Shown piece by piece: positions 1 to 9,495 of a stretch of DNA of 64,000 bases. The translations under genes and the position numbers were made by a program. The stretch spans positions 1 to 64,000 of the forward strand of contig JBBQUR010000005.1 in assembly GCA_038212275.1 (NCBI GenBank), given 5' to 3'. The notes beneath the pieces were generated by a model, which saw nothing but the letters and a program-made list of their open reading frames with translations, was not told where the DNA came from and ran no database searches. Source of the stretch: Planctomycetota bacterium (GTDB lineage Bacteria; Planctomycetota; B15-G4). Numbering within the stretch: the first letter of the stretch is position 1; each line of letters opens with the position of its first letter.

Positions 1-265
1 TCACTGGATGAAACTGCCCGACGGACTGAACGCCGGCGAGTTGAACCGGCGACTGTTCAAGCACGGCGCCGCCATCCTCGAAGGCAAGGACTGCGACATG
101 GCCCGGCCGCACGCCAAGAATCCGGACTACGTGTCGCCCTACGCCTCGTGGTTCCGCTTCTCCTTCGGGCCGCTGCTCCCCGAGACGTTTGAGTCCGACG
201 TCGCGCTCCTGGGCCAGGTGCTGGAGCGATATCAAGCCGACGTCGCCGCGGGTCGGTCGTGCTGA
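1..265 (+). CDS. C-terminal fragment of a probable PLP-dependent aminotransferase (class I/II); runs off window start
   Basis: HWMKLP...WFRFSFG pattern is typical of the class I/II aminotransferase C-terminus; only ~87 aa visible. Confidence 0.55.
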   Translation, partial: HWMKLPDGLNAGELNRRLFKHGAAILEGKDCDMARPHAKNPDYVSPYASWFRFSFGPLLPETFESDVALLGQVLERYQADVAAGRSC

Positions 266-383
266 ACTCCGATCACTCGATCTCGCGCTGCAGGCCCTGC
301 GTGGGCTGGTCGGCGCCAACCATGATTCCAGTCACCGGTCGGCCGCTGAACAGCAGGCCGTCAGACTTCCATGGGAACGTGTG

Positions 384-893
384 ATGTTCATTCCACTCTG
401 GGGCCTCGTGCTCGTCGCGGGCATCTTCATCGCGCTCGTGGCGTGGCTTGTCGCGTTCCTGCGCGGCCGGAATCCGCTTCCGGTTCCAGACCTCGGTTCG
501 CGCATCTTCACCACGCCGTCACGGGAGGCGAAGGACGCCGTCATCGCGCTGCTGCGACAACATGGACTGGAAGAACGCTTCCAGTTCAACTCGGCCGGCG
601 TGCTTCGCTCCATCCTCCGGGATGGCACGATCATCAACACGTCGGACGCGACTGTGCTGCAGAAGCTCAAGAATCCGGCCGCCAGCATCGGCCTGGTCGC
701 CTCCGATCCCGTGGCCAGTGCGACATCGGCCGCCGCGTTCCTGCGGGAGCGTGGCTTCTCCGCTGAAGTCGTCCTCGATGCCGAACCGGAACTGCCGATC
801 GCCTTTGTTGTCACCGATGCGTTCAGCGGCACCGTGCTCAACTTTCGCAAGCATGTGCTGCTGCTGCCCAGGCCGACGCCCGTCCGTGGGTGA
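384..893 (+). CDS. Hypothetical protein with N-terminal membrane anchor
   Basis: ATG at 384 in ORF 189..893; hydrophobic MFIPLWGLVLVAGIFIALVAWLVAFL; typical codon usage. Confidence 0.7.
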   Translation: MFIPLWGLVLVAGIFIALVAWLVAFLRGRNPLPVPDLGSRIFTTPSREAKDAVIALLRQHGLEERFQFNSAGVLRSILRDGTIINTSDATVLQKLKNPAASIGLVASDPVASATSAAAFLRERGFSAEVVLDAEPELPIAFVVTDAFSGTVLNFRKHVLLLPRPTPVRG

Positions 894-901
894 GGGCCAA
901 C

Positions 902-924
902 CGAAAGCGTCGTGCAACGCTTAC
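902..924 (+). repeat. Isolated copy of the IS terminal repeat (CGAAAGCGTCGTGCAACGCTTAC)
   Basis: 23/23 identical to 5408..5430; contains hairpin AAGCGT-CGTGCA-ACGCTT. Confidence 0.85.
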
Positions 925-1666
925 GAGCATGGAGCAGAGCACCGCCTCCTTTATCCCGGACAGCCCCCGGGGAAGGAGACAGTGTGAAGATCAGCAAGTC
1001 ATCGAGGCGCGGCTCGGGCGAGGCCGGGCCGCTTCAGCCGGGCGTCGCCCGTGCCCGCCGGTCAGTCCCCCGCGCGGCGTCGTGACAGCGCGTGGGAGCG
1101 AATGCACCGTCTGTCGAGGTGGTCCGCCAACTCGCCGCTGCCGAAGATCCGCGAGGCAACGCCCGTCGATGACTTCGTCGCGACGACGGTGCTAAACGGG
1201 CTCCATTACACGCATCGTCGCGCTGCGTGATTGCGTTCGGTTTCATGCGTCGTGTCCGCGCCATGACTCTGTTTCGAGTCGAGTTACACGTGTCTGATCC
1301 ACGGTCGGCCAGATTCCACTTCGCCGCCGGGCTTCAACCTATTCATCGGAACCTGCCCTGCGGACCTTGCGCAAGTTTTGAATAGGTAAGAGGTTGCGAT
1401 GCCCCCGCCTCAAGGGCGCCGCGGTGCGTTAGTCATCGCGCACATCAACTACCGGGATGCACCCCTTGGTGACCGGGCCGCGCTGCTCCAGCGAGTCCGT
1501 CCGTGGTTGACAAGTCACGGACCGCGGCCTAGCATGCGCTCGACCGGGTCGGGGCAGCAGGGGCGGTACCTGATATCTGCAGGATCGCGCGCCGGATCGC
1601 TTGATCGCAGATTGAGTATCGTCAGTTGTTCGCCGGAAACGTGGCGACGGAAGAAGGAGACCCAAG

Positions 1667-3331
1667 ATGTCTGGCGAGAGCACGGTAAAGTTGAGCAGTC
1701 GAACTCATGTCGTGTCGTGTCGCGTGCTGATGACGATGATGCTCCTCGGGACTGCCCCGGTGCTCGAGGCCGGCATACTCCGGGTTCCCCACGACTATCC
1801 TACGATCCAAGCGGCAATCGTCGCCGCGTCTTCGGGCGACCAGGTGGTCGTCGGCCCCGGTAACTATCCCGAGGCAATCAGCTTCCTCGGCAAGGACATC
1901 GTGGTCAGGTCGTCTGCTGGACACGACGAGACGACCATCGATGCGACGGGTCTGGACACAAGCGTCGTGTCTTTCACGAACAACGAGCCGACTACGGCGC
2001 GCCTGGAGGGTTTCGCGATCACGGGTGGGACGGGTCGGCCGCGCTTGGTGAGCCCGTCGAGCCCAGATCGCTATGGTGGTGGTATCTTTCTGGACTCGAC
2101 CGTCAACTACACTGGCCCCAAGCCGACGATCGTGAACTGTATTGTGTCGGGTAACTCCGCCAGTACGGCGGGAAGTGGGATTTACATCGGGTGGACCTGC
2201 TCCGCCATGGTGCGGGAGTGTGCATTCACCGAGAACGCCGGCGCCACATGCATAGAAAACTTTTGCAATTATACATTACCCTTGACGCTGATAGAATGTG
2301 TGATCAGCTCAAACTTCGGTGCAGGCGTTTCGGTGACAGGTTATGCCACGCTGAAAGATTGTCGCATCTGCCAGAATGCCGGAGACGGCGTCCAAACACT
2401 CACCTACAATGATACGCCGTCTTCTCTGGAGCGTTGCATCATCGACGATAACAAGGGAATTGGCGTCAGCAGCGAGAAGAACGTTTATGGATATGCACAA
2501 GTTGATCGGCTTAGCGAGTGTGTCGTTACGCGCAATCAGAAGGGCGGCATCCAGATCAGTTACTTTTTTACTGAAGCCCTGGAAGGCACGCTCGCTGAGA
2601 AAACAGTCATTGCCGACAATGGCTCTTTCGGGGTCTCCGTGTTCGGATACGACCCGGTACTAACTTACATGCCGACGCTTCTATACAATTGCACCGTCGT
2701 GAAGAACGCTGTTTCGGGTTACGGCTATATCGGGAACTCGATCGTGATAGGTCCTGTCTCTGGGTTATTGGAGGTCACCTACTCGGACATTTCAGGCGGC
2801 TACACCGGCGTCGGTAACATCGACGCCGACCCGCTTTTCGTGGATGCGGCCACAGGTAACTACCATCTGCAGGCTGGCTCGCCGTGTATCAACACGGGTC
2901 ACCCTTGGTCCGCACTCGACGCCGATGGCTCGCCCGCCGACATGGGAGCCATTGCCTACGAGCCTTGGAAGGGCCTCGGCGGTGGTGTTGCTGGCAGTGC
3001 AGGATTGCCCCTGCTCGTCGGCAACGGGCCGCTGATCGGAGGGGCGCCGGTCATCTTCGCTCTGACGAACGCCGTACCGAATGCGTCAGTGGCGTTGGTC
3101 GTGGGTGCACGCGCATTGAAAGCGGACTACAAGGGCGGCGTGTTCTGGCCGCAAGTCGACGTGATTGTCTCGGGGTGGCCGGCCGATGCGACGGGCTCAT
3201 TGGTCGTCGAGGGCCTCTGGCCTGCTGGCGTTCCTTCGGGCGTGTCGCTGTGGGCGCAGGTCTGGTTCGCGGACGATGGCGCTTCGTTCGGCTTCGCCGG
3301 GTCGAATGGCGTCCGCGGCACAGCACCGTGA
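1667..3331 (+). CDS. Secreted right-handed parallel beta-helix protein with shared C-terminal domain
   Basis: Signal-like N-terminus, VPHDYPTIQAAI / GNYPEAISFLGK / DPLFVD..GNYHLQAGSPCINTG motifs, beta-helix repeats, WPAGVPSG C-terminal domain; RBS AAGGAG. Confidence 0.8.
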   Translation: MSGESTVKLSSRTHVVSCRVLMTMMLLGTAPVLEAGILRVPHDYPTIQAAIVAASSGDQVVVGPGNYPEAISFLGKDIVVRSSAGHDETTIDATGLDTSVVSFTNNEPTTARLEGFAITGGTGRPRLVSPSSPDRYGGGIFLDSTVNYTGPKPTIVNCIVSGNSASTAGSGIYIGWTCSAMVRECAFTENAGATCIENFCNYTLPLTLIECVISSNFGAGVSVTGYATLKDCRICQNAGDGVQTLTYNDTPSSLERCIIDDNKGIGVSSEKNVYGYAQVDRLSECVVTRNQKGGIQISYFFTEALEGTLAEKTVIADNGSFGVSVFGYDPVLTYMPTLLYNCTVVKNAVSGYGYIGNSIVIGPVSGLLEVTYSDISGGYTGVGNIDADPLFVDAATGNYHLQAGSPCINTGHPWSALDADGSPADMGAIAYEPWKGLGGGVAGSAGLPLLVGNGPLIGGAPVIFALTNAVPNASVALVVGARALKADYKGGVFWPQVDVIVSGWPADATGSLVVEGLWPAGVPSGVSLWAQVWFADDGASFGFAGSNGVRGTAP

Positions 3332-3681
3332 GCGGGGCCTACCGACCCACTGATCTGTAAGAGCTGAGAAGGTATGTCGGGGGCTGGAGCCGGGCGCGGG
3401 CGCTGTGGGGCGGGGAACGGCGACTGTAAAATCCGGCTCTCGAAATTTGAGAACTGCCCTCGACACGCAAATTTACCCCTTTCCCGCGGCGTCGTAGCAG
3501 CCGGAAATCTTTCGGTCACGGCCTGCCTTCGCCGCCCATTGGAAATCGTGCGCGGAACCCACATTCGTAGGCATTGCCGCAGCCCTCTGGTGCGTCACAT
3601 CTCTCCTCCGGAGCGCCAGCAGCGACTGCTCCCTGCCGGCTCGTAGCTCTTAGCGAGCGAAATCGCTGCCTTGGGACATCA

Positions 3682-5430
3682 GTAAGCGTTGCACGACGCT
3701 TTGGATTACCCACAACTTGGGAGCAGGCGTGGATTGTTCGCCAAACTGCCGGAAATGTGATTGTCTTGCCATTCGATAAATTCTGGTAAAGTGTAGTTAA
3801 TGAGCGGCCGATGTTAAGTCAATCGGGAGATGGTAAGAGTGTGCGACGACGCCCCCTTGGTTTCCAGAGATCACGACGAACAAGGGCGTGCACATGGTGC
3901 TGGATCTTGGAACAACGTGTGCATGTGCACCGGGTTCCAGGAGGTTGGTCATGGCCATCACGAGCGGAAGAGGCAGATCTTTTAGCACCGACTCGGCGTC
4001 CAACGCGGAGGTAGATTGGGTTGATTGGGAGCTGCGGGAGTGTAACTTCAAAGACAAGCGGCTCGGCTCACGGCTTCGTGCCCTGCTGCATCAACTGGGA
4101 TCACATCCTGGAGCCAGTCTGCCGCTGGCGTGTCAGGACTGGGCCAGCACGAAGGCTGCCTGCCGGTTCCTGGACAATGACCGAGTGGATGAAGGAGAGA
4201 TCCTCGAGGGTCATTCGAGGCGACGCGTCGCCGCATCCCGCACGGCCAGGAGCCGATCCTCGTGCTCGACGACACGACGGAGTTTACCTTCAGGGCGAGC
4301 ATTCAGAGGCCGTTGGCAAGACGACGGTGACGCAGACGGGAGTCGGAGGAGATGGGCGCCCTCGTCTGCACACGGTGTGCGGCCTGCTGATGCACTCAAG
4401 TCTGGTCGTGACGGCCGAGGGATTGCCCCTGGGCGTGGCGGCCATCAAGTTCTGGTCGCGGGACAAGTTCAAAGGCACGAACGCGCTCAAGAAGAAAGTC
4501 AATCCGACGCGCGTGCCCATCGCGGAAAGGGAGAGCATGCGTTGGCTGGACAACGTCCGCCAGTCCTGCGCGCGGCTCGGCGAGCCCGCGCGCTGCGTCC
4601 ATATCGGCGATCGTGAGGCCGACATCTACGAGCTTTTCTGCTTGGCGTCTGAGGCAGGAACTCACTTCCTGATCCGGACGTGCGTGGACCGACTCGCTGG
4701 CGATGGTGGCCACACGATCGCGGCCGAGATGGCAGAAGTCTGCTATCTGGGCGTGCATCGCGTCGAGGTCGTGGATCGCGAGGGCCGTGCGTCGACCGCT
4801 CGCGCCGAGCTGCGGTATCGACGGGTCCGAGTGCTCCCGCCGATCGGGAAGCAGAGCCGTTACCCGAGCCTGGAGCTGACGGTCCTGCATGCCACCGAGC
4901 AAGGCCGACCCCGAGGGCGCGAGGCGATCATCTGGAAGCTGATCACGGACTTGCCGATCCGGTCGCGTGCAGACGCGGTCGAAAAATGTCGCTGGTACGC
5001 GCTGCGCTGGCGCATCGAGACGTATCACAAGATCCTCAAGTCCGGGTGTCGGGCCGAGGATCTGAAGCTGCGAACGGCTGAGCGGATCGTCCACCTGCTC
5101 GCCATCTTCTGCATTGTGGGCTGGCGCACTTTCTGGCTGACGATTGTGCAGCGGGCGACTCGCCTCGCACCAGCCGGCTTGGTCTTCACCGACTTGGAGA
5201 TTGATCTTCTCGCACGCATCGCAGGAAAGCGCCGCCCACGTGGAACCTTCCCGCTCCGCGACGGTCTGGTGCAACTCGCCTGCTTGGGCGGGTATCTGAA
5301 CCGAGCCAGCGATAGACTACCCGGCAACACCGTGAGCTGGCGTGGAATGGTGCGACTCGCGGACATCGCCATCGGCTACGAACTTGGGCGTGCGACTTGT
5401 GGGTAATCGAAAGCGTCGTGCAACGCTTAC
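3682..5430 (+). mobile_element. IS4-family insertion sequence bounded by 34-bp inverted repeats
   Basis: 3682..3715 is the reverse complement of 5397..5430 at 33/34 positions; encloses an IS4 (Tn5-like) transposase; no target-site duplication seen. Confidence 0.8.
3951..5406 (+). pseudogene. IS4-family transposase, frameshifted near 4210-4300
   Basis: N-terminal FKDKRLGSRL...CQDWASTKAACRFLDN in frame 3888..4616, LVLDDTTEF in a third frame, catalytic HIGDREADIYE and YALRWRIETYHKILKSG in frame 4021..5406; start approximate. Confidence 0.8.
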
Positions 5431-5531
5431 CGCCATGCAACACCCCATGCGGGTGTCGAGGCGCCGCTGATCAGGCACACTTCCGGAGCAGCGCCCCGGT
5501 CGGCGCGTCGGCACGCGCTCCCGGAGAGACG

Positions 5532-6719
5532 ATGACCTCCATGCGGTTACTCCTGATGGCAGGCCTGCTGCTCGCGAGCCTGCTCGCGCGCGAGGCGCCG
5601 TCGCAGTCGCCGCCGCAAGCCGCGCCGCAAGCCGCGCCGCAAGCCGCGCCACAAGTCACGCCACAAGTCACGCCGCGAGTCGCGCCGACGCGCAGCGAGG
5701 TGGCGCCTGGCGTGTTCGTCTTCTCGACGCAGCCTTACGGCGACGTAGGCCTCGACGGCAACTCCGTCGTGATCGTGTCGGATGCCGGCGTGCTCGTCTT
5801 CGATGCCAACGGCACGCCGGCGGCGGCCGCAGCGGTGCTCGCGGAGATCCGCACGCTCACCGACCAGCCGGTGCGCTACCTCGTCCTGTCGCACTGGCAT
5901 TGGGACCACTGCGACGGAGGCGAGGTCTACGCCCGGGCCTTCCCGCAACTCGTGATCATCTCGCACGAGGCGACGCGCACGCTCATGGCCGGCCCCGCGA
6001 TCGCGTTCAACCAGCCTGGCCTGGACAGCCAGCTGCCCGCTCACATCGCAGCGGTGGAAGCCGAGCTGGCGGGCGCGCAGGCCGGCGCGCAGGCCGCCGC
6101 GCCGGCATCGCCGGAGGTCGCGCGCCTGCGCGAGCATGTCGCGCAGGATCGCTGGTTCCTCGAGCAGAAGCGCGCCGCGAAGCCGGTGCTCGCCAACCTC
6201 TGCTTCACGAACGAACTGGTGCTGCACCTTGGGTCCCGTGTCGTCGAGGTGCGCCACGACGACCGCGCCATCACGCCGGGCGATGCCTACCTCTGGCTGC
6301 CGGCGGAGCGCATCGCGGTGACGGGAGACCTGCTCGTCAACCCGATCACCTTCGCGCTCTTCTGCTATCCCGCCGGCTGGGTCGCGACGCTGGCGCGGCT
6401 CGATGCACTCGATGCCGCGATGCTCATCCCCGGCCACGGCGCCCCGCTGCACGACGAGGACCTGCTGCACGCAACCCGAGCCCTGCTCGAACGGCAGCTC
6501 GTGCTCGCCCGCGAGTGCCATGAAGCCGGGTTGCCGGTGGACGAGGCCCTCGCCGCCGCGCTCGCCGACGAGGACGTGCTGCGGGAGCGCGCGCGCATCA
6601 CCGGCGGCGACGCCGCGCTGGACGACCGCTTCGCGCTCTACCTCGTGGACTGGTTCATGCGCCGCGCCTGCCAGGAGCTTGACGGCCCGCTGGATGACTC
6701 GATTCCGTCCCTTCCCTGA
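5532..6719 (+). CDS. Secreted MBL-fold metallo-hydrolase
   Basis: SHWHWDHCDG (HxHxDH), VTGDLL, IPGHG; signal peptide followed by PQAA/PQVT repeats. Confidence 0.85.
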   Translation: MTSMRLLLMAGLLLASLLAREAPSQSPPQAAPQAAPQAAPQVTPQVTPRVAPTRSEVAPGVFVFSTQPYGDVGLDGNSVVIVSDAGVLVFDANGTPAAAAAVLAEIRTLTDQPVRYLVLSHWHWDHCDGGEVYARAFPQLVIISHEATRTLMAGPAIAFNQPGLDSQLPAHIAAVEAELAGAQAGAQAAAPASPEVARLREHVAQDRWFLEQKRAAKPVLANLCFTNELVLHLGSRVVEVRHDDRAITPGDAYLWLPAERIAVTGDLLVNPITFALFCYPAGWVATLARLDALDAAMLIPGHGAPLHDEDLLHATRALLERQLVLARECHEAGLPVDEALAAALADEDVLRERARITGGDAALDDRFALYLVDWFMRRACQELDGPLDDSIPSLP

Positions 6720-6739
6720 ACGTCGCCCGGAGCCTCCGC

Positions 6740-7207
6740 ATGCACGAGTACAAGGCCGTGGTCGAGTGGACGCGCGACGGCGCGACCTTCACCGACAACC
6801 GTTACAGCCGCGGCCATCGCTGGCACTTCGACGAGGGCGTCGTGGTGAAGGCTTCGGCCTCGCCGCTCGTGGTGCGGCCGCCGCTCTCCGTCGCCGCGGC
6901 CGTGGATCCGGAGGAGGCCTTCGTCGCCAGCCTGTCGAGCTGCCACATGCTCTGGTTCCTTGCGCTGGCCGCTCGCCGCGGCTTCGTGGTGGACGACTAT
7001 CGCGACGAGGCGCTCGGCATCCTGGATCGCAACGCCGCGGGCAAGCTGGCGATGACCCGCGTGCTGCTGCGCCCGGCCGTGCGCTTCGCGGGCGCCGCGC
7101 AGCCGTCTCCGGAGGATCTCGCCGCGCTGCACCATGCCGCTCACGAGGAGTGCTACATCGCGAACTCGGTGACCACCGAGGTGCGTTGCGAGCCGCGCTC
7201 CGCCTGA
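6740..7207 (+). CDS. OsmC/Ohr family protein
   Basis: YSRGHRWHFD, VDPEEAFVASLSSCHMLWFL, HEECYIANSV with both catalytic Cys. Confidence 0.9.
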   Translation: MHEYKAVVEWTRDGATFTDNRYSRGHRWHFDEGVVVKASASPLVVRPPLSVAAAVDPEEAFVASLSSCHMLWFLALAARRGFVVDDYRDEALGILDRNAAGKLAMTRVLLRPAVRFAGAAQPSPEDLAALHHAAHEECYIANSVTTEVRCEPRSA

Positions 7208-7230
7208 TCGGCCGCAGGCCCGAGGCCTGT

Positions 7231-7371
7231 CCGCCGGAGTTCGGTGCGCCGGAGTTCGGTCCTCCCGATGCTGGTCCGCCCGAGGTCAGGGCTCTCGATA
7301 CGCGGACCTTCGCAGCCGGGACAAGCGCAGCTGGGACGGGCGCAGCCGGGACAAGCGCAGCCGGGACGGCC
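7231..7371. repeat. Degenerate 15-bp tandem repeats in intergenic DNA
   Basis: CCGGAGTTCGGT x2 followed by GCAGC(C/T)GGGAC-N4 x4. Confidence 0.7.
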
Positions 7372-7407
7372 AATGACAGGCTGCCGCACGTGAGCGACAC
7401 TGCCTCG

Positions 7408-7659
7408 ATGAGCAACACCTGCCCCCGCTGCCAGTCCACCAAGCTGATTCCGCGCGTGCCCATCGTGGATCAGGGCCAGTTCTCCGACGGACGGCTCAAG
7501 GCCCATGTCGCCGATCGGAGTCCCCACGCCTTCGTGTTGAAGGACGCGGTGCACGCTCGCCTGTTCGTGACCATCTGCGGCGAGTGCGGCCACGCCGAGC
7601 TGTCCGCGATGTATCCGGAAATGCTCTATGCCGCATGGCTCAAGGAGCAGAAGGGCTGA
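7408..7659 (+). CDS. Small zinc-ribbon protein
   Basis: CPRC at the N-terminus and CGECGHAEL near the C-terminus; 83 aa. Confidence 0.7.
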   Translation: MSNTCPRCQSTKLIPRVPIVDQGQFSDGRLKAHVADRSPHAFVLKDAVHARLFVTICGECGHAELSAMYPEMLYAAWLKEQKG

Positions 7660-7670
7660 GGCCCGGAGCT

Positions 7671-7718
7671 CGGGGCCGGCGCTGCTCGGGGCCGGCGCTG
7701 CGCGGGGCCGGCGCTGCG
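7671..7718. repeat. 16-bp tandem repeat x3 (CGGGGCCGGCGCTGC[T/G])
   Basis: Three adjacent copies directly visible. Confidence 0.85.
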
Positions 7719-7877
7719 CGGGTTCGCGACGCCGCGCAGGCCCTCGCCTCAAGTCGGCGAGCCGGTCGCGACGATGCACGAAGGCTGGCCACGGGGGCGT
7801 GTCGCGTCCGAACCGGAAGGGTCGGCTTCGCAGCACGAACGCGCCGCCCGGAAGGCCATTCCGACGGAACCCATGCC

Positions 7878-8270
7878 ATGGGTGCATTGCCCGACAACGC
7901 CGGCGGAACGATCCTCGTCGTCGAGGACGACGAGGCCTGCCGCAAGATGCTGCAGCGCCTGCTGCGCTCGCACGGCTGGACGGTCTGCGGCGCGGTGAAC
8001 GGCAAGGACGCCGTGTCGCTCTACACGGCGGTGCGTCCCGACGTCGTGCTCACCGACATCAACATGCCGGGCGGCGACGGCAACTCGCTCATCGCCGAGC
8101 TGCAGCGCACCGATCCGGGCGTGTGCATCCTTGCCATGACCGGCCTCTCGCGTCAGGACCTCCGCGTGGACCAGGCGCTGCGCCGCGGTGCGCGCTCGGT
8201 GCTCAGCAAGCCCTTTGACGGCGCGGCGCTGGAGCAGGCGATCCGGTCGGCGCTGCACCCCGCGCGCTAA
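7878..8270 (+). CDS. Single-domain response regulator receiver
   Basis: ILVVEDD, VLTDINMP (phospho-Asp), AMTG, LSKPF. Confidence 0.9.
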   Translation: MGALPDNAGGTILVVEDDEACRKMLQRLLRSHGWTVCGAVNGKDAVSLYTAVRPDVVLTDINMPGGDGNSLIAELQRTDPGVCILAMTGLSRQDLRVDQALRRGARSVLSKPFDGAALEQAIRSALHPAR

Positions 8271-8280
8271 AGCCGCGTGG

Positions 8281-8311
8281 CGCGTCACGCCCGACGGGCG
8301 GGCGTGACGCG
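8281..8311. terminator. GC-rich hairpin between convergent genes (likely terminator)
   Basis: CGCGTCACGCCCG-ACGGG-CGGGCGTGACGCG perfect 13-bp stem; no U-tract. Confidence 0.55.
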
Positions 8312-8315
8312 GGCG

Positions 8316-8345
8316 GCTCAGCTCAGCTCAGCTCAGCTCAGCTCA
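8316..8345. repeat. (GCTCA)6 microsatellite overlapping the actin gene stop
   Basis: Six exact copies; reads (TGAGC)6 on the minus strand. Confidence 0.9.
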
Positions 8346-9434
8346 GGAGAGCTGTTCCCAGAACTCGTTCGGCATGTCGTGCGCGATCTTGAGCGCGCCG
8401 TTGGCGCCGGCGTAGACCGGCTCTTCCACGGTGGTCACGTGGCCGCCGCCGAGGTGCGCGTCCATGTACGCGGCGATCGCGTCGCCCAGGCCCTTGATCT
8501 GGCTGCCGCCGCCGCCGAGCAGCACGTTGCCGCGCAGCACCGCCTGGAATTCCGGATCGAATGTTGCGATGAGCTTCGCGAGCGACTCGACGATCGGCGG
8601 CACGATGGAGAGGCAGGCGTCCTTCATCTCCTTGCTGATGTCGATGTCGGTCGGCTTGCCGTTCACGGGCCACTTCACGACGGCCTTGGCGGCGTTGGCG
8701 GAGACGTCCGCGAACTTCTCCTTGGCCTGCGTCAGCATGTTGTCGCTGAACTGGACCTCGGGGTGGTTCTTGCGGATGAGCTTCGCGAGCGTGCGGTCGA
8801 TGGAGTCGCCCGCGGCCGTGATCGTGATCTGGTCTTCCTCGTTGGGCATCGTGCCGTGCATGCGGCACAGGTCCGCGGTGCCGGCGCCGATGTCGATGAC
8901 CAGCGTGTCGGTGAGCTGGTCCAGCCCGTACGCGACGGTGAAGGGCTCCGACGCGACCATCGCGCTGTCCACTTCCTCGCGCGCCGCGTCGAAGATCGCC
9001 TTGCGGTTCTTGACGCTGGCCTGCGCCGGCGTGCCGATGACCGCGTAGATGAGCTGGTCCTTCTCGGGACGCGCCAGCGCGATGCAGTGCTTCACGAGGT
9101 CGCGCGCGGCGCGCATGTTGGCCTCGGCGGACTTGGCGTCACCCTCGTCGTTGCTGCCCTTGATGACGCCGCCCTCCAGCGGGCGGTACACGTCCAGCGA
9201 GAGACGGTGCTTGATGACGTCCGCACCGAAGAGCGGCCCGTCGCCGAGCAGCTTGCGCGACACGACGTCCTTCGGATAACCCACGAGCGAGTAGGTGTTG
9301 GCGCGCAGGCCGTTGCTGGAGGCGATGGCCGTGCGCGACGTGCCGAGGTCCATGCCGATCCACAGGATGCCGTCATCGCCGGCGTCCACCGAAGGGTCGT
9401 GGCCAGCTTGTTTGTCCTTGTTCGTGTTCGACAT
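8343..9434 (-). CDS. MamK-like bacterial actin
   Basis: Actin motifs GMDLGTSRT, IDIGAGTADLC, GGGGSQIKGL; MamK-type segments VGYPKDVVSRKLLG, AVIGTPA, SEPFTVAYGLD and terminal P..FWEQL; RBS GAGGAG before ATG 9434. Confidence 0.85.
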   Translation of the reverse strand: MSNTNKDKQAGHDPSVDAGDDGILWIGMDLGTSRTAIASSNGLRANTYSLVGYPKDVVSRKLLGDGPLFGADVIKHRLSLDVYRPLEGGVIKGSNDEGDAKSAEANMRAARDLVKHCIALARPEKDQLIYAVIGTPAQASVKNRKAIFDAAREEVDSAMVASEPFTVAYGLDQLTDTLVIDIGAGTADLCRMHGTMPNEEDQITITAAGDSIDRTLAKLIRKNHPEVQFSDNMLTQAKEKFADVSANAAKAVVKWPVNGKPTDIDISKEMKDACLSIVPPIVESLAKLIATFDPEFQAVLRGNVLLGGGGSQIKGLGDAIAAYMDAHLGGGHVTTVEEPVYAGANGALKIAHDMPNEFWEQLS

Positions 9435-9495
9435 GTTCACTCCTCGGAAAAGGCGGGGGTCGGGAATCGGTCAGGCCGGCGCGGGCGCCGGCGGG

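Noticed and set aside
925..1660. Small ORFs or ncRNA in the long intergenic gap
   Set aside because: No convincing RBS, codon bias or recognisable RNA structure
7231..7718. Possible CRISPR array
   Set aside because: Repeats are directly tandem 15-16-mers with no unique spacers, and no cas genes are in the window
8343..9434. Housekeeping mreB
   Set aside because: Lacks MreB-typical DLGTANT, EPSVVA and EPMAAAIG motifs and has no mreC/mreD neighbours
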